Positions 37,400-48,887 of a DNA stretch of 50,819 nt are shown here, one piece after another; the first letter of the stretch is position 1; every line of letters starts with the position of its first letter. Source of the stretch: Candidatus Bathyarchaeota archaeon. GTDB taxonomy: Archaea; Thermoproteota; Bathyarchaeia; Bathyarchaeales; Bathycorpusculaceae. The notes under the pieces were generated by a model. That model was not told where the DNA came from and did not search any database. It was given only the letters and a program-made list of their open reading frames with translations. The stretch spans positions 15,266-66,084 of the forward strand of contig PKYH01000027.1 in the NCBI GenBank assembly GCA_003133625.1, in the 5' to 3' direction. Made by a program: the position numbers and the translations under genes.

Positions 37400-39064
37400 T
37401 TAGTACTCTCCAGCGCCTGGATATCCGCCCATTCCGCCTGGTGCTCCTCCTGGTGGCGTTGGAGGTGCCCTCATTTTGCCGGCGGCGATAATGTCGTCAA
37501 TTTTGAGAATCATGGATGCTGCTTCGCTTGCTGATTTGATTATTTGTTTTTTGACTGAGAGTGGTTCAAAGATGTTTACCTTTGTCATGTCTTGAACTTT
37601 TCCTTCTAGAACTTCTATGCCTGCCCATGTTTCTCCTTTTTCATGCCTTGACCGTAATTCTGAAAGTATATCAATTGGATCTAAGCCAGCGTTTTCAGCA
37701 AGCGTTACTGCTATGGCTTCAAGAGCTTCCGCGAATATTCTAACCGCAAGTTGCTCTCTTCCCGGCAGCGTTTCAGCATATTTTTTGAGTACACCTGCCA
37801 TTTCAAGCTCTGGAGCACTTCCTCCAGCAACGATCTTTGGCTCTTCAATTAAATCTCTGATAACGCAGAGTGCATCATGTATTGAGCGTTCTGCCTCTGC
37901 AGTCATACGTTGAGTTCCACCTCTAATCAAAATGGTGACTGCCTTCGGATGCTTGCAGCCTTCAATGAAAGTCATTTTGTCGTCGCCAATTCTGCGCTCT
38001 TCCACCAAAGCTGCATATCCAAGGTCTGATGGTTTTATGTCATCTAGGTTAGTTACTATTTTTCCGCCTGTGGCCTTTGCAAGTTTTTCAATGTCTGATT
38101 TTTTGGCTCTTCTAACCGCGATAATTCCTTTTCTTGCAAGGAAATGTTGAGCCATATCGTCTATGCCTTTTTGGCAGACGACTACGTTTGCGCCTGAAGC
38201 CAAAATTTTCTCAACCATGTCTTTTAGCATTGTTTCCTCTTGCTTGAGGAACGCTTCAATCTGCTCAGGGCTTTCAATGTTTATTTTTGCGTCTAACTCG
38301 GTTTTTTCAATCTCTAAGGAAGCGTCGATTAATGCAATTTTTGCTTTTTCTAAACGCTTGGGCATTCCTGAGTGAACAATTTCTTTGTCTAAAACTATGC
38401 CGTTTATTAGGCTGGTCTCCATGAGGGATTCGCCTGTTTTCTTTTCGACTTTTACGTCGTCGACATCTACCTTGTAGACGTCGTCTTTCTTTTCAGCGAC
38501 TGCCATCATTGCTTTAACCGCTAAATCAGCCAAGTATTCTTTGTATTCAGCTACGATTTTGCTTCCCATAGCGGTTGTTGCAGCTTTTTTCAGGTATTCC
38601 TGCGATTTCAGGTCTACGGGTATGGCTATTTTTTCAAGGGTTTCTAGCGCTATTTCAGCTGCCTTCCTATAACCCTCAATTATTATTGTGGGGTGAATGT
38701 TTTTGTCTATCAGTTCTTCTGCTTTGTTCAAAAGTTCACCTGCAATTATAACCGCAGATGTTGTTCCGTCTCCAGCTTCATTGTCTTGCGCTTTGGCAAC
38801 TTCAACTAGCATTTTGGCTGCTGGATGCTGAATATCCATCTCATCCAAGATAGTGCGCCCGTCACTTGTTATTGTAACGTCTCCGAAGCTATCAACTAAC
38901 ATTTTATCCATGCCTTTTGGGCCTAAAGCGCTTCGGACGCTTTCGGCTACCACTTTGGCGGCAGTTATGTTTCCGTGTTGTGCTTCTCTTCCACGGGACC
39001 TGTTTGAGCCTTCTCTTAATATGAGAACAGGCACTCCGCCAGCTTGTGTTGGAAATGATGACAA
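37400..39064 (-). CDS. ths: thermosome (group II chaperonin) subunit
   Basis: [19 protein letters not shown] tail. Confidence 0.97.
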   Translation of the reverse strand: MSSFPTQAGGVPVLILREGSNRSRGREAQHGNITAAKVVAESVRSALGPKGMDKMLVDSFGDVTITSDGRTILDEMDIQHPAAKMLVEVAKAQDNEAGDGTTSAVIIAGELLNKAEELIDKNIHPTIIIEGYRKAAEIALETLEKIAIPVDLKSQEYLKKAATTAMGSKIVAEYKEYLADLAVKAMMAVAEKKDDVYKVDVDDVKVEKKTGESLMETSLINGIVLDKEIVHSGMPKRLEKAKIALIDASLEIEKTELDAKINIESPEQIEAFLKQEETMLKDMVEKILASGANVVVCQKGIDDMAQHFLARKGIIAVRRAKKSDIEKLAKATGGKIVTNLDDIKPSDLGYAALVEERRIGDDKMTFIEGCKHPKAVTILIRGGTQRMTAEAERSIHDALCVIRDLIEEPKIVAGGSAPELEMAGVLKKYAETLPGREQLAVRIFAEALEAIAVTLAENAGLDPIDILSELRSRHEKGETWAGIEVLEGKVQDMTKVNIFEPLSVKKQIIKSASEAASMILKIDDIIAAGKMRAPPTPPGGAPGGMGGYPGAGEY

Positions 39065-39215
39065 ATCAAGTAATCTCCTTTAATGTGAACAACAACAGAA
39101 TATTACTAGCCATATAAGTTTTTCTAGGCAAGGCATAATGAATAAAGCTTAGGCAAGCGATTTTTGCATCATTAACTTGCTTTTACGGTTTCCTTCGTTT
39201 CATATTTGCCATGGC

Positions 39216-39719
39216 TTAGTAGACTGAAACTTTGGCTATTCCTGGTATCTTCAGCAGTTCTGGAATTAGTTCTCCTGGGATTTTTTTCTCAACAATCAAA
39301 GTAAGTTTTGGTTCTGGTGAGAGTTCCGGGTCATCTACGATTGCTTGCCTGATGCTTAATCCTGCCCTGTTGAGAATCATAGCTGCGTTGGATAAGATTC
39401 CGGGCGATTTTGCGTTTACAGGGGTTATTTCTAGAACTCCCAGGTTGATGTGTTTAGCGATTTCTTTTAGTGAATGTCCTGCTGGACGTATTTCTTCAAA
39501 AATTAGTTTGAGTTCAGGGCTCGCTTTGATGCTGTTTAATGTTTCGTTTACTGTTCGTCGGTCTACTCCGGCGACTCTAGCTATGCGTACTGGCGGAATT
39601 TCAATTTGATTTAGGTATATTTTGCCGTCTCTTGCGCTTAGTCCATTTTCTATGAGGACGCGTGCTACTTTGAGTCGTTCGGGGTATTCTTGCAGTTGGG
39701 TTTGTATTTTGTTCCACAT
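39216..39719 (-). CDS. ACT-domain-containing amino-acid metabolism regulator
   Basis: IARVAGVDRRTV HTH, PGIL...SIRQAIVDDPEL. Confidence 0.85.
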   Translation of the reverse strand: MWNKIQTQLQEYPERLKVARVLIENGLSARDGKIYLNQIEIPPVRIARVAGVDRRTVNETLNSIKASPELKLIFEEIRPAGHSLKEIAKHINLGVLEITPVNAKSPGILSNAAMILNRAGLSIRQAIVDDPELSPEPKLTLIVEKKIPGELIPELLKIPGIAKVSVY

Positions 39720-39869
39720 TAGGTTTCGCTGATGTGTATTTCTGTTCATTTGGGTATAAATGTGTTGTTTAACGTTGGCAGCATTTTCAATGAACAAAAC
39801 TGTACACAAAAGCCTTAAATAAAACTTAAACGTACGATTCATAACCCTAAATACATAAAGGCGAAAAAA

Positions 39870-41282
39870 ATGCCAACTAGAAAAATCCTATTAAACGAAG
39901 ACGAAATACCAAAACAATGGTACAACATAGTTCCCGACTTACCTAGGCCGCTTCCACCATTCATAGATGCAGCAACAAAACAGCCAGGAGTCGGAATCGT
40001 CCCACGAATATTTCCAAAAGCAATTATCGGCCAAGAAATAAGCCAAGAACGATGGATAGACATACCTGAAGAAGTCCGAGAAGTATATCGAATCTGGAGA
40101 CCAACACCACTCTTCAGAGCCATCGGTCTAGAAAAAGCACTGAAAACACCAGCAAAAATCTACTACAAATACGAAGGCGTAAGCCCCTCTGGAAGCCACA
40201 AACCAAACACAGCAGTACCCCAAGCATTCTACAACATGAAAGAAGGCACAAAACGCCTATCAACAGAAACAGGCGCAGGCCAATGGGGATCAGCCTTAGC
40301 GTTTGCAGCCATGATTTTCGGGCTCAAAGCCACAGTTTACATGGTACGTGCAAGCTACGACCAGAAACCCTACCGAAAAATGATGATGAACGCTTTCGGC
40401 GCAGAATGTTTTGCTAGCCCAAGTAACCGAACAGAAGCGGGAAGAAAAATCCTTGCTGAAGATCCAGATAGCACGGGCAGCCTCGGCATAGCTATCAGTG
40501 AAGCCGTCGAAGATGCCCTCGTCAACGAAGAAGAAACTAACTATACCATAGGTAGCGTCTTCAACCACGTCCTGCTACATCAAACAGTCATAGGCTTAGA
40601 AACAAAGAGACAACTAGAAATGGTTGATGACTATCCAGACGTTGTGTACGGTTGCATAGGCGGAGGAAGCAGCTACAGTGGTCTCATGTGGCCATTTTAC
40701 TACGATAAAGTCTCCAAAAAGGCACCAAAAGAAACAAAGTTCATAGCCACCGAAGCCACAGCATGCCCCAAAGTTACCAAAGGGCAATACCAATACGACC
40801 ATGGAGACACCGCCAGAATAACACCCTTGGTTCCCATGCACACCCTGGGGCACGACTTCATCCCGGCACCCATCCACGCTGGAGGACTCCGCTACCATGG
40901 AATTGCGCCCACCATAAGCCTCCTAACACAGGAGAAACAGATGACCACCGAAGCCTACAATCAGGTCGAAGTCTTCGACGCAGCCAAACAATTCATCCGA
41001 GCTGAAGGAATCATCCCTGCACCTGAGCCTGCCCACGCCATCAAAGGCGCTATCGACGAAGCCCTCCGATGCAAAAAAACTGGCGAAGCAAAAACCATTC
41101 TGTTCTTGCTTTGTGGTCACGGCTTCTTTGACATGGCGGCATACGATGAATACTTCAGCGGCAACCTGCAACCATATGAGTACCCAACTAAGAAAGTCGA
41201 GGAATCAATGAAGAAACTTCATACGCTGTATCCGTGGTTAGACGAGGTTAACAAGAAATACATAAGCTGCGAACCACTCTAA
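39870..41282 (+). CDS. trpB2: TrpB2 (TrpB-like PLP-dependent enzyme)
   Basis: [30 protein letters not shown]. Confidence 0.92.
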   Translation: MPTRKILLNEDEIPKQWYNIVPDLPRPLPPFIDAATKQPGVGIVPRIFPKAIIGQEISQERWIDIPEEVREVYRIWRPTPLFRAIGLEKALKTPAKIYYKYEGVSPSGSHKPNTAVPQAFYNMKEGTKRLSTETGAGQWGSALAFAAMIFGLKATVYMVRASYDQKPYRKMMMNAFGAECFASPSNRTEAGRKILAEDPDSTGSLGIAISEAVEDALVNEEETNYTIGSVFNHVLLHQTVIGLETKRQLEMVDDYPDVVYGCIGGGSSYSGLMWPFYYDKVSKKAPKETKFIATEATACPKVTKGQYQYDHGDTARITPLVPMHTLGHDFIPAPIHAGGLRYHGIAPTISLLTQEKQMTTEAYNQVEVFDAAKQFIRAEGIIPAPEPAHAIKGAIDEALRCKKTGEAKTILFLLCGHGFFDMAAYDEYFSGNLQPYEYPTKKVEESMKKLHTLYPWLDEVNKKYISCEPL

Positions 41283-41350
41283 ACCCCAATACCCTTCTTT
41301 TATTCTTCTTTTTATCTCAGCTAACCTAATACTAACTTAGGTTATTCATA

Positions 41351-42487
41351 TTGAATGTTCCTGAAAAAACTCTGCCAACAAAAACAATCGGATTCATCGT
41401 AAACCCTATTGCTGGAATGGGCGGAGCCGTCGGATTAAAAGGAACAGACGGCAAAACTATCCTAAACAAAGCCATATCCCTAGGAGCTAAACCCATAGCA
41501 TCGCAAAGAGCAGAAACCTTCCTCTCAGAACTTTATCTAGCAAAAAAAAGCTTAAAACTGATTGTTGGCGCTGGCTGCATGGGTGAGAACCAAGCAAAGA
41601 AATGCGGCTTCACCTGCCAAGTTATCGGCGAAAGAAAAAAAGAAACCACATCCGAAGACACGCAAAATATCGCTAAAGAAGTGGTGAAGGCTGGTGTTGA
41701 TTTGCTTGTTTTCTGCGGCGGCGACGGAACAACCCGTGACATACTAAAAGCTGTTGGCATGAAGGTTCCTGTGCTGGGTGTTCCAACAGGCGTCAAAATG
41801 CACAGCGCCTTATTCGCTGTAAGTCCTCAAGCTGCAGCAAGAGTTGCCATCAGTTATCTGTGGGATGGGTTGCCCCTTCGAGAAGCGGAGGTAATGGATG
41901 TGGACGAGCAAGCTTTCAGGGAAGGTCGCCTTTCTGCTGAACTTTACGGGTACATGTTGAGCCCTTATGAGCCTCACTTGATCCAAGGAAACAAACTTGC
42001 AAGCCCAATGACCGAGAGCGAAGTTCGCAACCAAGCAGCAATAGCAATTTACATTATTGAAGAAATGAAACCAGACATCGTTTACATAATTGGTCCGGGA
42101 ACAACCACCCGTACTATCGGTGACCTCTTGGACGCTAAAAAAACCCTTTTAGGCGTGGATCTTTTCCAGAACAAGAAAATAATTGCAAACGACGTAAACG
42201 AAAAACAAATACTAGATTTCATAAGTGGAAAAGCCGCATGGATAATTGTAACGCCGATTGGGGGGCAAGGCTTTATTTTTGGCAGAGGAAACCAGCAGAT
42301 AAGCCCCAAAGTAATCCGCCAAGTAGGTTTAGACAACATTGTTGTGATTGCGACTAAAAGCAAATTGGACAGGTTGAAAAGTTTAAGGGTTGACACTGGA
42401 GACACAGAACTGGAAAATGAGCTTAAAGCACATGAAATTAACGTTGTAACCGACTACAAAAGCATACAAAAAGTGGCTGTTGAATAA
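41351..42487 (+). CDS. ATP-NAD kinase family protein
   Basis: VNPIAGMGG, GGDGT, GVKMHS, GRGNQQ. Confidence 0.88.
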   Translation: MNVPEKTLPTKTIGFIVNPIAGMGGAVGLKGTDGKTILNKAISLGAKPIASQRAETFLSELYLAKKSLKLIVGAGCMGENQAKKCGFTCQVIGERKKETTSEDTQNIAKEVVKAGVDLLVFCGGDGTTRDILKAVGMKVPVLGVPTGVKMHSALFAVSPQAAARVAISYLWDGLPLREAEVMDVDEQAFREGRLSAELYGYMLSPYEPHLIQGNKLASPMTESEVRNQAAIAIYIIEEMKPDIVYIIGPGTTTRTIGDLLDAKKTLLGVDLFQNKKIIANDVNEKQILDFISGKAAWIIVTPIGGQGFIFGRGNQQISPKVIRQVGLDNIVVIATKSKLDRLKSLRVDTGDTELENELKAHEINVVTDYKSIQKVAVE

Positions 42488-42561
42488 TGGAATTACTATT
42501 AATAATCGGAAAAATGAAATAGTAGCACGTGACCAGTATCCTAACAAAGCGAGGCTAAAAA

Positions 42562-43665
42562 ATGATACCGATTAACCTGCCAAAAATCGGCGAAGAGGAA
42601 GTGCAGGCAGTAGTTAAAGTTCTTCGAAGCGGAATGTTAACAAGTGGGCTTGGAGCTGGCCCAATGGTAACAGAGTTCGAGAAAAACTTTGCCAAATTCG
42701 CTGGCGTAAAACATGCTGTAGCCGTTAACACTGGCACTGCCGCCTTGCACTCTGCTGTTGTGTCTTCTGGTGTAAAGCAAGGTGATGAGGTTATTTTGCC
42801 CAGCTTCACTTTCGTAGCCACTGCAGAAGCAGTCGTACTGGCTGGCGGGAAACCGGCTTTCGCTGACATTGATGCTCAAACTTACAATCTATCGCCCAGT
42901 GCGGTTGAAAAATCAATAACAAAAAACACCAAGGCTATACTGCCCGTGGATCTGTATGGTTTTTCTGCCGACATGAAGCCCATGCGGGAAATCGCCGCTA
43001 AACATGGCTTAGCGTTGGTTGAGGATGCTGCTCAAGCGCATGGAACAACGTACGCTGGGAAACCGGCGGGAACGTTTGCTGATGCCGCCTGCTGGAGCTT
43101 ATACGCAAGCAAAAACATGACCACAGGCGAAGGCGGAATAATCACAACAGACAACGACCAAATAGCCGAGACGCTGCGGATGATTAGGACTCATGGGGAA
43201 AAAGCCAAGTACTCATCACTCATGCTTGGAACCAACTATCGCATGTCCGAGGTACAAGCGGCAATTGGTAACGTACAACTGCAAAAATTGCCATCTTTTG
43301 TGGCTAAACGCCGCCAAAACGCGCAACAACTAACAAAAATCCTAGAAAAAAGTAGCAGACTGATTTTGCCATGGGAGTCAAAAGACCGACAGCATAGCTG
43401 GTACCTGTACACCGCAAGACTGAAAGATGGCACGGAAACTGAACGCAACAAGATTGTGGAAGAGCTAAAGAAAAAAGGGATTGGCGCCGAAGTGTATTAC
43501 GTTAACCCAGTGCATCAAATGCCGTTTTACCGAGAAAACTTTGGAAGCACTAAACTGCCTGAGACTGATGAAGCGTCAAAACAGGTTTTCTCACTGCCAA
43601 TTCATCCGGGAGTCAAAGCGGAGCAGGTTGATTACATAGGAAAAACTGTTCTAAGCCTCTTATAG
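42562..43665 (+). CDS. DegT/DnrJ/EryC1/StrS PLP aminotransferase
   Basis: GTAALH, FTFVAT, EDAAQAHG, SKNMTTGEGG. Confidence 0.93.
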   Translation: MIPINLPKIGEEEVQAVVKVLRSGMLTSGLGAGPMVTEFEKNFAKFAGVKHAVAVNTGTAALHSAVVSSGVKQGDEVILPSFTFVATAEAVVLAGGKPAFADIDAQTYNLSPSAVEKSITKNTKAILPVDLYGFSADMKPMREIAAKHGLALVEDAAQAHGTTYAGKPAGTFADAACWSLYASKNMTTGEGGIITTDNDQIAETLRMIRTHGEKAKYSSLMLGTNYRMSEVQAAIGNVQLQKLPSFVAKRRQNAQQLTKILEKSSRLILPWESKDRQHSWYLYTARLKDGTETERNKIVEELKKKGIGAEVYYVNPVHQMPFYRENFGSTKLPETDEASKQVFSLPIHPGVKAEQVDYIGKTVLSLL

Positions 43666-43782
43666 CCAGATTAGCGACTGGTTTAAACGATTTTCACCAA
43701 TAACCGACTGTAAGAGTTAAATTGAACTTCGCATTATGAAATAGCTATCCTTTGAGATTTACTGGATTTTCTTTGAAGGAGC

Positions 43783-44178
43783 ATGGAACAGTTGAGTAAT
43801 GAAGCAGACGTTTCACGTGTAAAAGTCAAGTTTCTCATCAAAGGCTTAGGTGAAGCTGAAGGTGAATTAGTCAGGTTTTTAGCGCCAAGAACTATTGACG
43901 CTATCGTCAGGAAGCTTCCAGTTGAAGGAAGAGCTGCGTTGTGGAAAGAAGAGGTTTACTTTGAAATCCCAATTAAAATGGGCGAAGAAAAAGCAAAGCC
44001 AACCGTGGAAACTGGCACTATTGCTTTTTGGCCTATGGGCAGCGCCATATGCATATTCTACGGTAAGTCACAGCCCTATAGTCCCGTGAGCATACTTGGA
44101 AAAATAACAAGTAATTTGGAGATTTTTAAGCAAGTTAAAAGTGGAACAACAATTAAAGTTGAATTGTTAACAGCTTAA
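43783..44178 (+). CDS. cyclophilin-like fold protein
   Basis: APRT, WKEEVYF, IAFWPMG.AICIFYG. Confidence 0.8.
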   Translation: MEQLSNEADVSRVKVKFLIKGLGEAEGELVRFLAPRTIDAIVRKLPVEGRAALWKEEVYFEIPIKMGEEKAKPTVETGTIAFWPMGSAICIFYGKSQPYSPVSILGKITSNLEIFKQVKSGTTIKVELLTA

Positions 44179-44675
44179 AAGGCTAATGAGCTCTCTTTCC
44201 ACATTTGGAGCAGCCGTTCGCATTCTTCTTTTACGTTTTTGTCGCCGCTTTTATCTCTAAGAACCTGCAGGAACTCGACGCGTTTTGCAACTGAGCGTTT
44301 TTCTGCGTTGCCGCCATAGTAGAGTTCGCCCTCTATGTACTCTTTCATGTGGTAGGCTTTTTGGATGAGTAGGCTGGCGGCGTCAACTGGGTTTTCTACA
44401 GCGAACTTGTTTGCCCAGATGGCTACTTCTGTTTCGCGCAATTGAGTTATGCCGTCGATTTCCATTATTTTCCTTATGTAGACTCTTAAAAACTCAAAAT
44501 AGCCTGCTGTTTTGATTAGTTCAAGGGCATGGTTGACTTTTTCTTTAAAATCTGGTGAGCCCTCAATTGTTAGGTTGTGTTTGTAGCCTTCATCGATTAG
44601 TGCTTTAGCGGTTTTTACTTCTTCAGTCGTGTAAACTCTTTCTGGAAACTCTTTCAAATGAAAACTAAACTCCAA
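44175..44675 (-). CDS. hypothetical protein
   Basis: 166-aa ORF filling the intergenic space, normal composition. Confidence 0.7.
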   Translation of the reverse strand: MEFSFHLKEFPERVYTTEEVKTAKALIDEGYKHNLTIEGSPDFKEKVNHALELIKTAGYFEFLRVYIRKIMEIDGITQLRETEVAIWANKFAVENPVDAASLLIQKAYHMKEYIEGELYYGGNAEKRSVAKRVEFLQVLRDKSGDKNVKEECERLLQMWKESSLAF

Positions 44676-44720
44676 ATCTATACAAGATTAGAATAAATAA
44701 ATAATTGGTCGTGGAGCAAT

Positions 44721-45050
44721 CTAGCTTGCTGTAGGCTTGTAGATTTTGATGTTGTGGCTTCCGGAGACAAGCTGCACTGCACCATTCGCTTCCAGTTGTT
44801 CTAAGAAGTCTTTTGCTGTGCTAATTCGAATGTTAAACCTTGTTGATACAGCGTACGGTGTAAGAACGTTCATTTTCTTTACTTCACTGACGATTTTTTC
44901 GTTCTTGGCGTCTGGAGGCATTATTCCGACAGTTCTTCTTTCTTTTGACATTCCAGCTTTCTCTTTCTTCTTCTCTTTCGATTTGTCTTCGTCTTCCTTA
45001 ACCTGCTGCTTTTCCATCTGCTTTATGCCGAGCTTCTTTTTCCCACCCAT
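44721..45050 (-). CDS. rps25e: 30S ribosomal protein S25e (eS25)
   Basis: MGGKKK, VLTPYAVS...ISTAK.FL..L. Confidence 0.88.
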   Translation of the reverse strand: MGGKKKLGIKQMEKQQVKEDEDKSKEKKKEKAGMSKERRTVGIMPPDAKNEKIVSEVKKMNVLTPYAVSTRFNIRISTAKDFLEQLEANGAVQLVSGSHNIKIYKPTAS

Positions 45051-45088
45051 AATTTTTTTCACCTTGCTATTTTTTTTGTTCTCAACAC

Positions 45089-46597
45089 CTAGAATGGCTG
45101 GCTTATTTCAACTTTATGTTTGTCCTTCCACTCTTTGATTGGAACGCCAAGTTTCTTTTCAACTTCAGTCCTATGGATGGAGTTCATGGTGCAGAATGGA
45201 ATTATGCGTCCATCTGGAACGGCATAGTGAATTAGGCAGCGTTGTACTCTTTCAAGGTCAAAGTTGTATGGGTCCATGAAATGCATGGCTGAAAGCAGAA
45301 TTGCATGTCTTTGTAGGTCGCCGAGGGATTTGTAGTCGCCGCTTGTGATTACGCCTAGAACGTATTTTCTTAGGAAACCGAATTTTATGTGGCGCATTGA
45401 ACTGACTAAGCGTAGTTTAGCCTTAGTCTTGCTTCCTTTCGCTGCGTCCTCGTAGACTTTGTTCATTACGCTGATAAATTTGTCTATGTTTCCGTACTTT
45501 GTAATTGGAATAATTTTACCGTTTTCAACTAAAAGGTATGTTGCCATACCGCAGTGCGGATGCGCCGTGAATTCTAAATATCGCCTGTCTTTTAGTGCGC
45601 CGACGGCTTTTGAAACTGGCACCACCGTGGGCACTGGGTAGAAGTCTGATACTTTTATTGTTCCGTTTGTTTGTTCTTCAACTTTTTTCATGAAGTCTGG
45701 GATTGTAATGCGCATGTTTTCGCGTTGTTTTTGTGGCAATCTCCCACAGAGGCTGACTGGTTGAACGTTTATGCATCTCACCACATCGAAGTTTTTGACA
45801 GCAAAATTGATTATGTCGCCAAGTTGGTGATCATTGACACCTTTCACCAATGTTACAACTAGAACTACACTGTCTATTCCTGCTTGACGAAGGTTTTCGA
45901 TAGCCTTCATTTTTATGTCAAGTAGGTCTACTCCGCGAATGAACTTGTAAACATCAGGGGTTAACCCGTCGAACTGCAGGTAAACGGTGCTTACGCCTGC
46001 TGCTTTGAGGTCTCGGCAGTAATCTACGCTTTGCGAGAGTCGAAGACCATTCGTATTAATCTCCACGTGGCTGAAGCCAAGCTCTTTTGCCTTTCGAACA
46101 AAGTCGAAGAGGTCCTTGCGTATTGTTGGTTCTCCACCAGAAAACTGCAGAGCTGTGGCTGGCACTGGCTTGTTGGCTCGAAGGTTCTCTAGCATTCCAG
46201 TAATTTGCTCTTTAGTGGGTTCGTAAACGTATCCTGCAGCCGCAGCATTAGCAAAGCAAACCGGGCAAGTAAGGTTGCACCTGTTTGTGACGTCGATTAT
46301 TGCAAGGGCAGTGTGAGATTTGTGTTCTGGGCAAATGCCGCAGTCGTACGGGCAACCGTTCTTTTTCTCGGTTCGAGGGTTACTTATTCCCTCGCCATCA
46401 TAGCGGAATTTTTCTGCCCGCATGTATTGGTCGTAATCTGACCAGTAAATTTCCTGGAAAGCCCCATGCTCAGGGCACTCTTTTTTAATGAAGACTTTGC
46501 CTTCATCTTCAAAAATGGTTGCGTCTATAGCCTTTAGGCATTCAGGACAAATGCTTCTCGTGGTTTTGATATCCTTCATACTTTTGCCTTCTAACAT
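45089..46597 (-). CDS. tes: radical SAM tetraether lipid synthase (Tes/GDGT-MAS, MJ0619-like)
   Basis: N-terminal CPEC...CPEHG, CPYDCGIC, CNLTCPVC, HPHCG, FMDPYNFD...RC.IHY...IPFC. Confidence 0.85.
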   Translation of the reverse strand: MLEGKSMKDIKTTRSICPECLKAIDATIFEDEGKVFIKKECPEHGAFQEIYWSDYDQYMRAEKFRYDGEGISNPRTEKKNGCPYDCGICPEHKSHTALAIIDVTNRCNLTCPVCFANAAAAGYVYEPTKEQITGMLENLRANKPVPATALQFSGGEPTIRKDLFDFVRKAKELGFSHVEINTNGLRLSQSVDYCRDLKAAGVSTVYLQFDGLTPDVYKFIRGVDLLDIKMKAIENLRQAGIDSVVLVVTLVKGVNDHQLGDIINFAVKNFDVVRCINVQPVSLCGRLPQKQRENMRITIPDFMKKVEEQTNGTIKVSDFYPVPTVVPVSKAVGALKDRRYLEFTAHPHCGMATYLLVENGKIIPITKYGNIDKFISVMNKVYEDAAKGSKTKAKLRLVSSMRHIKFGFLRKYVLGVITSGDYKSLGDLQRHAILLSAMHFMDPYNFDLERVQRCLIHYAVPDGRIIPFCTMNSIHRTEVEKKLGVPIKEWKDKHKVEISQPF

Positions 46598-46675
46598 CTA
46601 CGCTTTCGAAGTGCTTAAGAGCCATTGATGATAATAAGGTTTCCAAACGTTTCCTAAGGTGATTGAGGGGAAAGA

Positions 46676-47431
46676 GTGTCCATTAACGAGAACACGCGAA
46701 ATGCTTTGCGAGAAATGGGCTTGAACGCCTACGAAATTGACGCTTACATAGTGTTGCTGGAAGGTGGGCAAATGACGGCTATGGAGATAAGCCAGGAAGC
46801 TAAAGTGCCCTACAGCAAAATGTATGAGGTTCTCAACTCGCTTAAAGAAAAGGGCTGGATTAAAAGTAGCGAAAGTCGTCCATTCAAATATTACCCAGTG
46901 CCACCGCTCGAAGCAACAAGGTTCACGAAGCTGCGGTTGGAAGACAAATACTTGAACTGGGAAAACACTGTTGCCGAAGCGCTTCAGCCCTTGTACGAAA
47001 AACGCGAACTCGTTGAGCGACCAGACATGCTGATCTTGCGTGGTCAACAAGCCGTCTTAACTAAACTTGAAGAAGTCCTCAAAAAAGCCACAATGGAAAT
47101 CGTGATTGCAGCACCAGAATTCGCTAAACCAGTAATCGCCATGGCTGAACCGTTGCTGGGCAGCGGGGGCTTGAAGAAAACGGTCAAGGTTAAACTGATG
47201 GCGGCTGGAAAAAAGGAAGACTGGCTCTTCATAAAAAAATACCCTGGCTTAAACGAGCTGCGAATTAGAGACCACATGTTCGGTGGCGGCATAATTGCTG
47301 ACGGCAAAGAAGCCATGCTACTCCTAGGCGAGGACAAGCCAAGCCTCGTTATATGGAGCAACCACGTGGGCTTAGTCGGTTTTGCACGAGAGTACTTCCA
47401 ATTCCTATGGGACTCATCAGCAACCGCTTAA
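46676..47431 (+). CDS. TrmB-family transcriptional regulator
   Basis: GLNAYE..AY, VPYSKMYEVLNSL..KGW, RPFKY. Confidence 0.9.
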   Translation: MSINENTRNALREMGLNAYEIDAYIVLLEGGQMTAMEISQEAKVPYSKMYEVLNSLKEKGWIKSSESRPFKYYPVPPLEATRFTKLRLEDKYLNWENTVAEALQPLYEKRELVERPDMLILRGQQAVLTKLEEVLKKATMEIVIAAPEFAKPVIAMAEPLLGSGGLKKTVKVKLMAAGKKEDWLFIKKYPGLNELRIRDHMFGGGIIADGKEAMLLLGEDKPSLVIWSNHVGLVGFAREYFQFLWDSSATA

Positions 47432-47582
47432 AAAAAACCGTTCCATTTTCGACGCAAAAAGAACCTAAACTCTTATCATGCCAAAAATTGCTTCATATAA
47501 GAGAGGCAAGTTCCTTCCGAGCCATAGAACGCAAATAACTTTAACAAAAAAGAAGAAAGGGAGAACTTGAGTTATTAGGTTA

Positions 47583-47804
47583 CTATTTTCCCATGACTTT
47601 TCTAGCGGCGATCTCAATATCTTCCGCTTTGATTGTTTTTCTTCCAGCATGCATCGCAAAATCAAGTGCTTCTTTAGCAATCTTAACGCCAATGTCTTCA
47701 AGTGCCTTTGCAAGTTCCTTTGCTGCTGCCTCACTTACTCTGTCAGCGCCAGCTTTCTTACATAACCTGTGCATGGGAGCTACAGCTATTTCTAATTCAG
47801 TCAT
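47583..47804 (-). CDS. archaeal histone
   Basis: AGADRVS, HAGRKTIKAEDI. Confidence 0.95.
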   Translation of the reverse strand: MTELEIAVAPMHRLCKKAGADRVSEAAAKELAKALEDIGVKIAKEALDFAMHAGRKTIKAEDIEIAARKVMGK

Positions 47805-47954
47805 AACGACATCTCTATAGCTTCTTTTTCTTTTTAAAGCAATATTTAACCTTTGTTATCGCTTTTTCCTCTAAATTACCGTTAACATCAAACTTGCCAT
47901 GCTAAACAAAGAAAATTATAAAAACAATCAACCATGAATATAGCGCTGAGAAAA

Positions 47955-48728
47955 ATGAAACTAATAGACGCCCATATCCACCTCTCCGACGCAGAATACA
48001 CCGGCCACATTGATGAACTGATAGCGGACGCAAAAAACGCAGGCATAACAGCGCTTGTAACAAATTCAATGGACTTAAAAACATGCCAAAACGACATTAA
48101 ACTATCAGAAAAATACCCAGACTTAGTTTACCCCGCTTTAGGAATTCACCCATGGAACGTAAACGTTCTCAAAGAAAACGAACTTGAAGAAACAATCAAT
48201 TTCATTCAAAAACAAAAAAACATCGTCAAAGCAATAGGCGAAATCGGCTTAGACTACAAGTATGAAACCATATGGGAAAAGCAAACGATGGTTTTCGATA
48301 AAATGCTTCACCTTGCCGAAACGCTGGGTCTTCCCGTAATTATTCATTCGCGCGGAACAACAGACAAAATCGTAGAGATGCTTCCCTCATACACTCTCAA
48401 GCGAGTGCTGCTGCACTGGTTTAGTCACCCAATGAGCGCACTATACAAGGCAATAGACAACGGCTACTTTATCACTGAAGGCCCACCTGTAACTTACTCT
48501 AACGGCATCCGCGAAGTCGTGGAAAAAGTGCCACTGACAAACTTGTTAACAGAAACCGATGGCCCAGTAACATATTGGAAGCAACCCTATAATGGACAAT
48601 TAACCAAGCCATCGTTCATACGCAATGTAGTTGAAGCAGTGGCTGAAATCAAGAAAATGCAAGTTGACGACGTTGCACAACAAATAACCAAAAACTTCGA
48701 GGGCTTCTTTAACGTAAAACTAAACTAA
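47955..48728 (+). CDS. tatD: TatD-family hydrolase
   Basis: IDAHIHL, GIHPW, IGEIGLD, IHSR, LTETDGP. Confidence 0.92.
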   Translation: MKLIDAHIHLSDAEYTGHIDELIADAKNAGITALVTNSMDLKTCQNDIKLSEKYPDLVYPALGIHPWNVNVLKENELEETINFIQKQKNIVKAIGEIGLDYKYETIWEKQTMVFDKMLHLAETLGLPVIIHSRGTTDKIVEMLPSYTLKRVLLHWFSHPMSALYKAIDNGYFITEGPPVTYSNGIREVVEKVPLTNLLTETDGPVTYWKQPYNGQLTKPSFIRNVVEAVAEIKKMQVDDVAQQITKNFEGFFNVKLN

Positions 48729-48887
48729 CCGTTTACTTTACCCTTAAAAGTTTACTTTACGATTCATCGGTCAGTTAATTCGCGCTATAAGGCGTAAACT
48801 TAAATTAAGCCTATCATCTATTGAGAGTTGCTCCTACGCTTCCAAGCGTCGGAGAACTAAAAACCGTTAATATCGAGGAATTTATAC

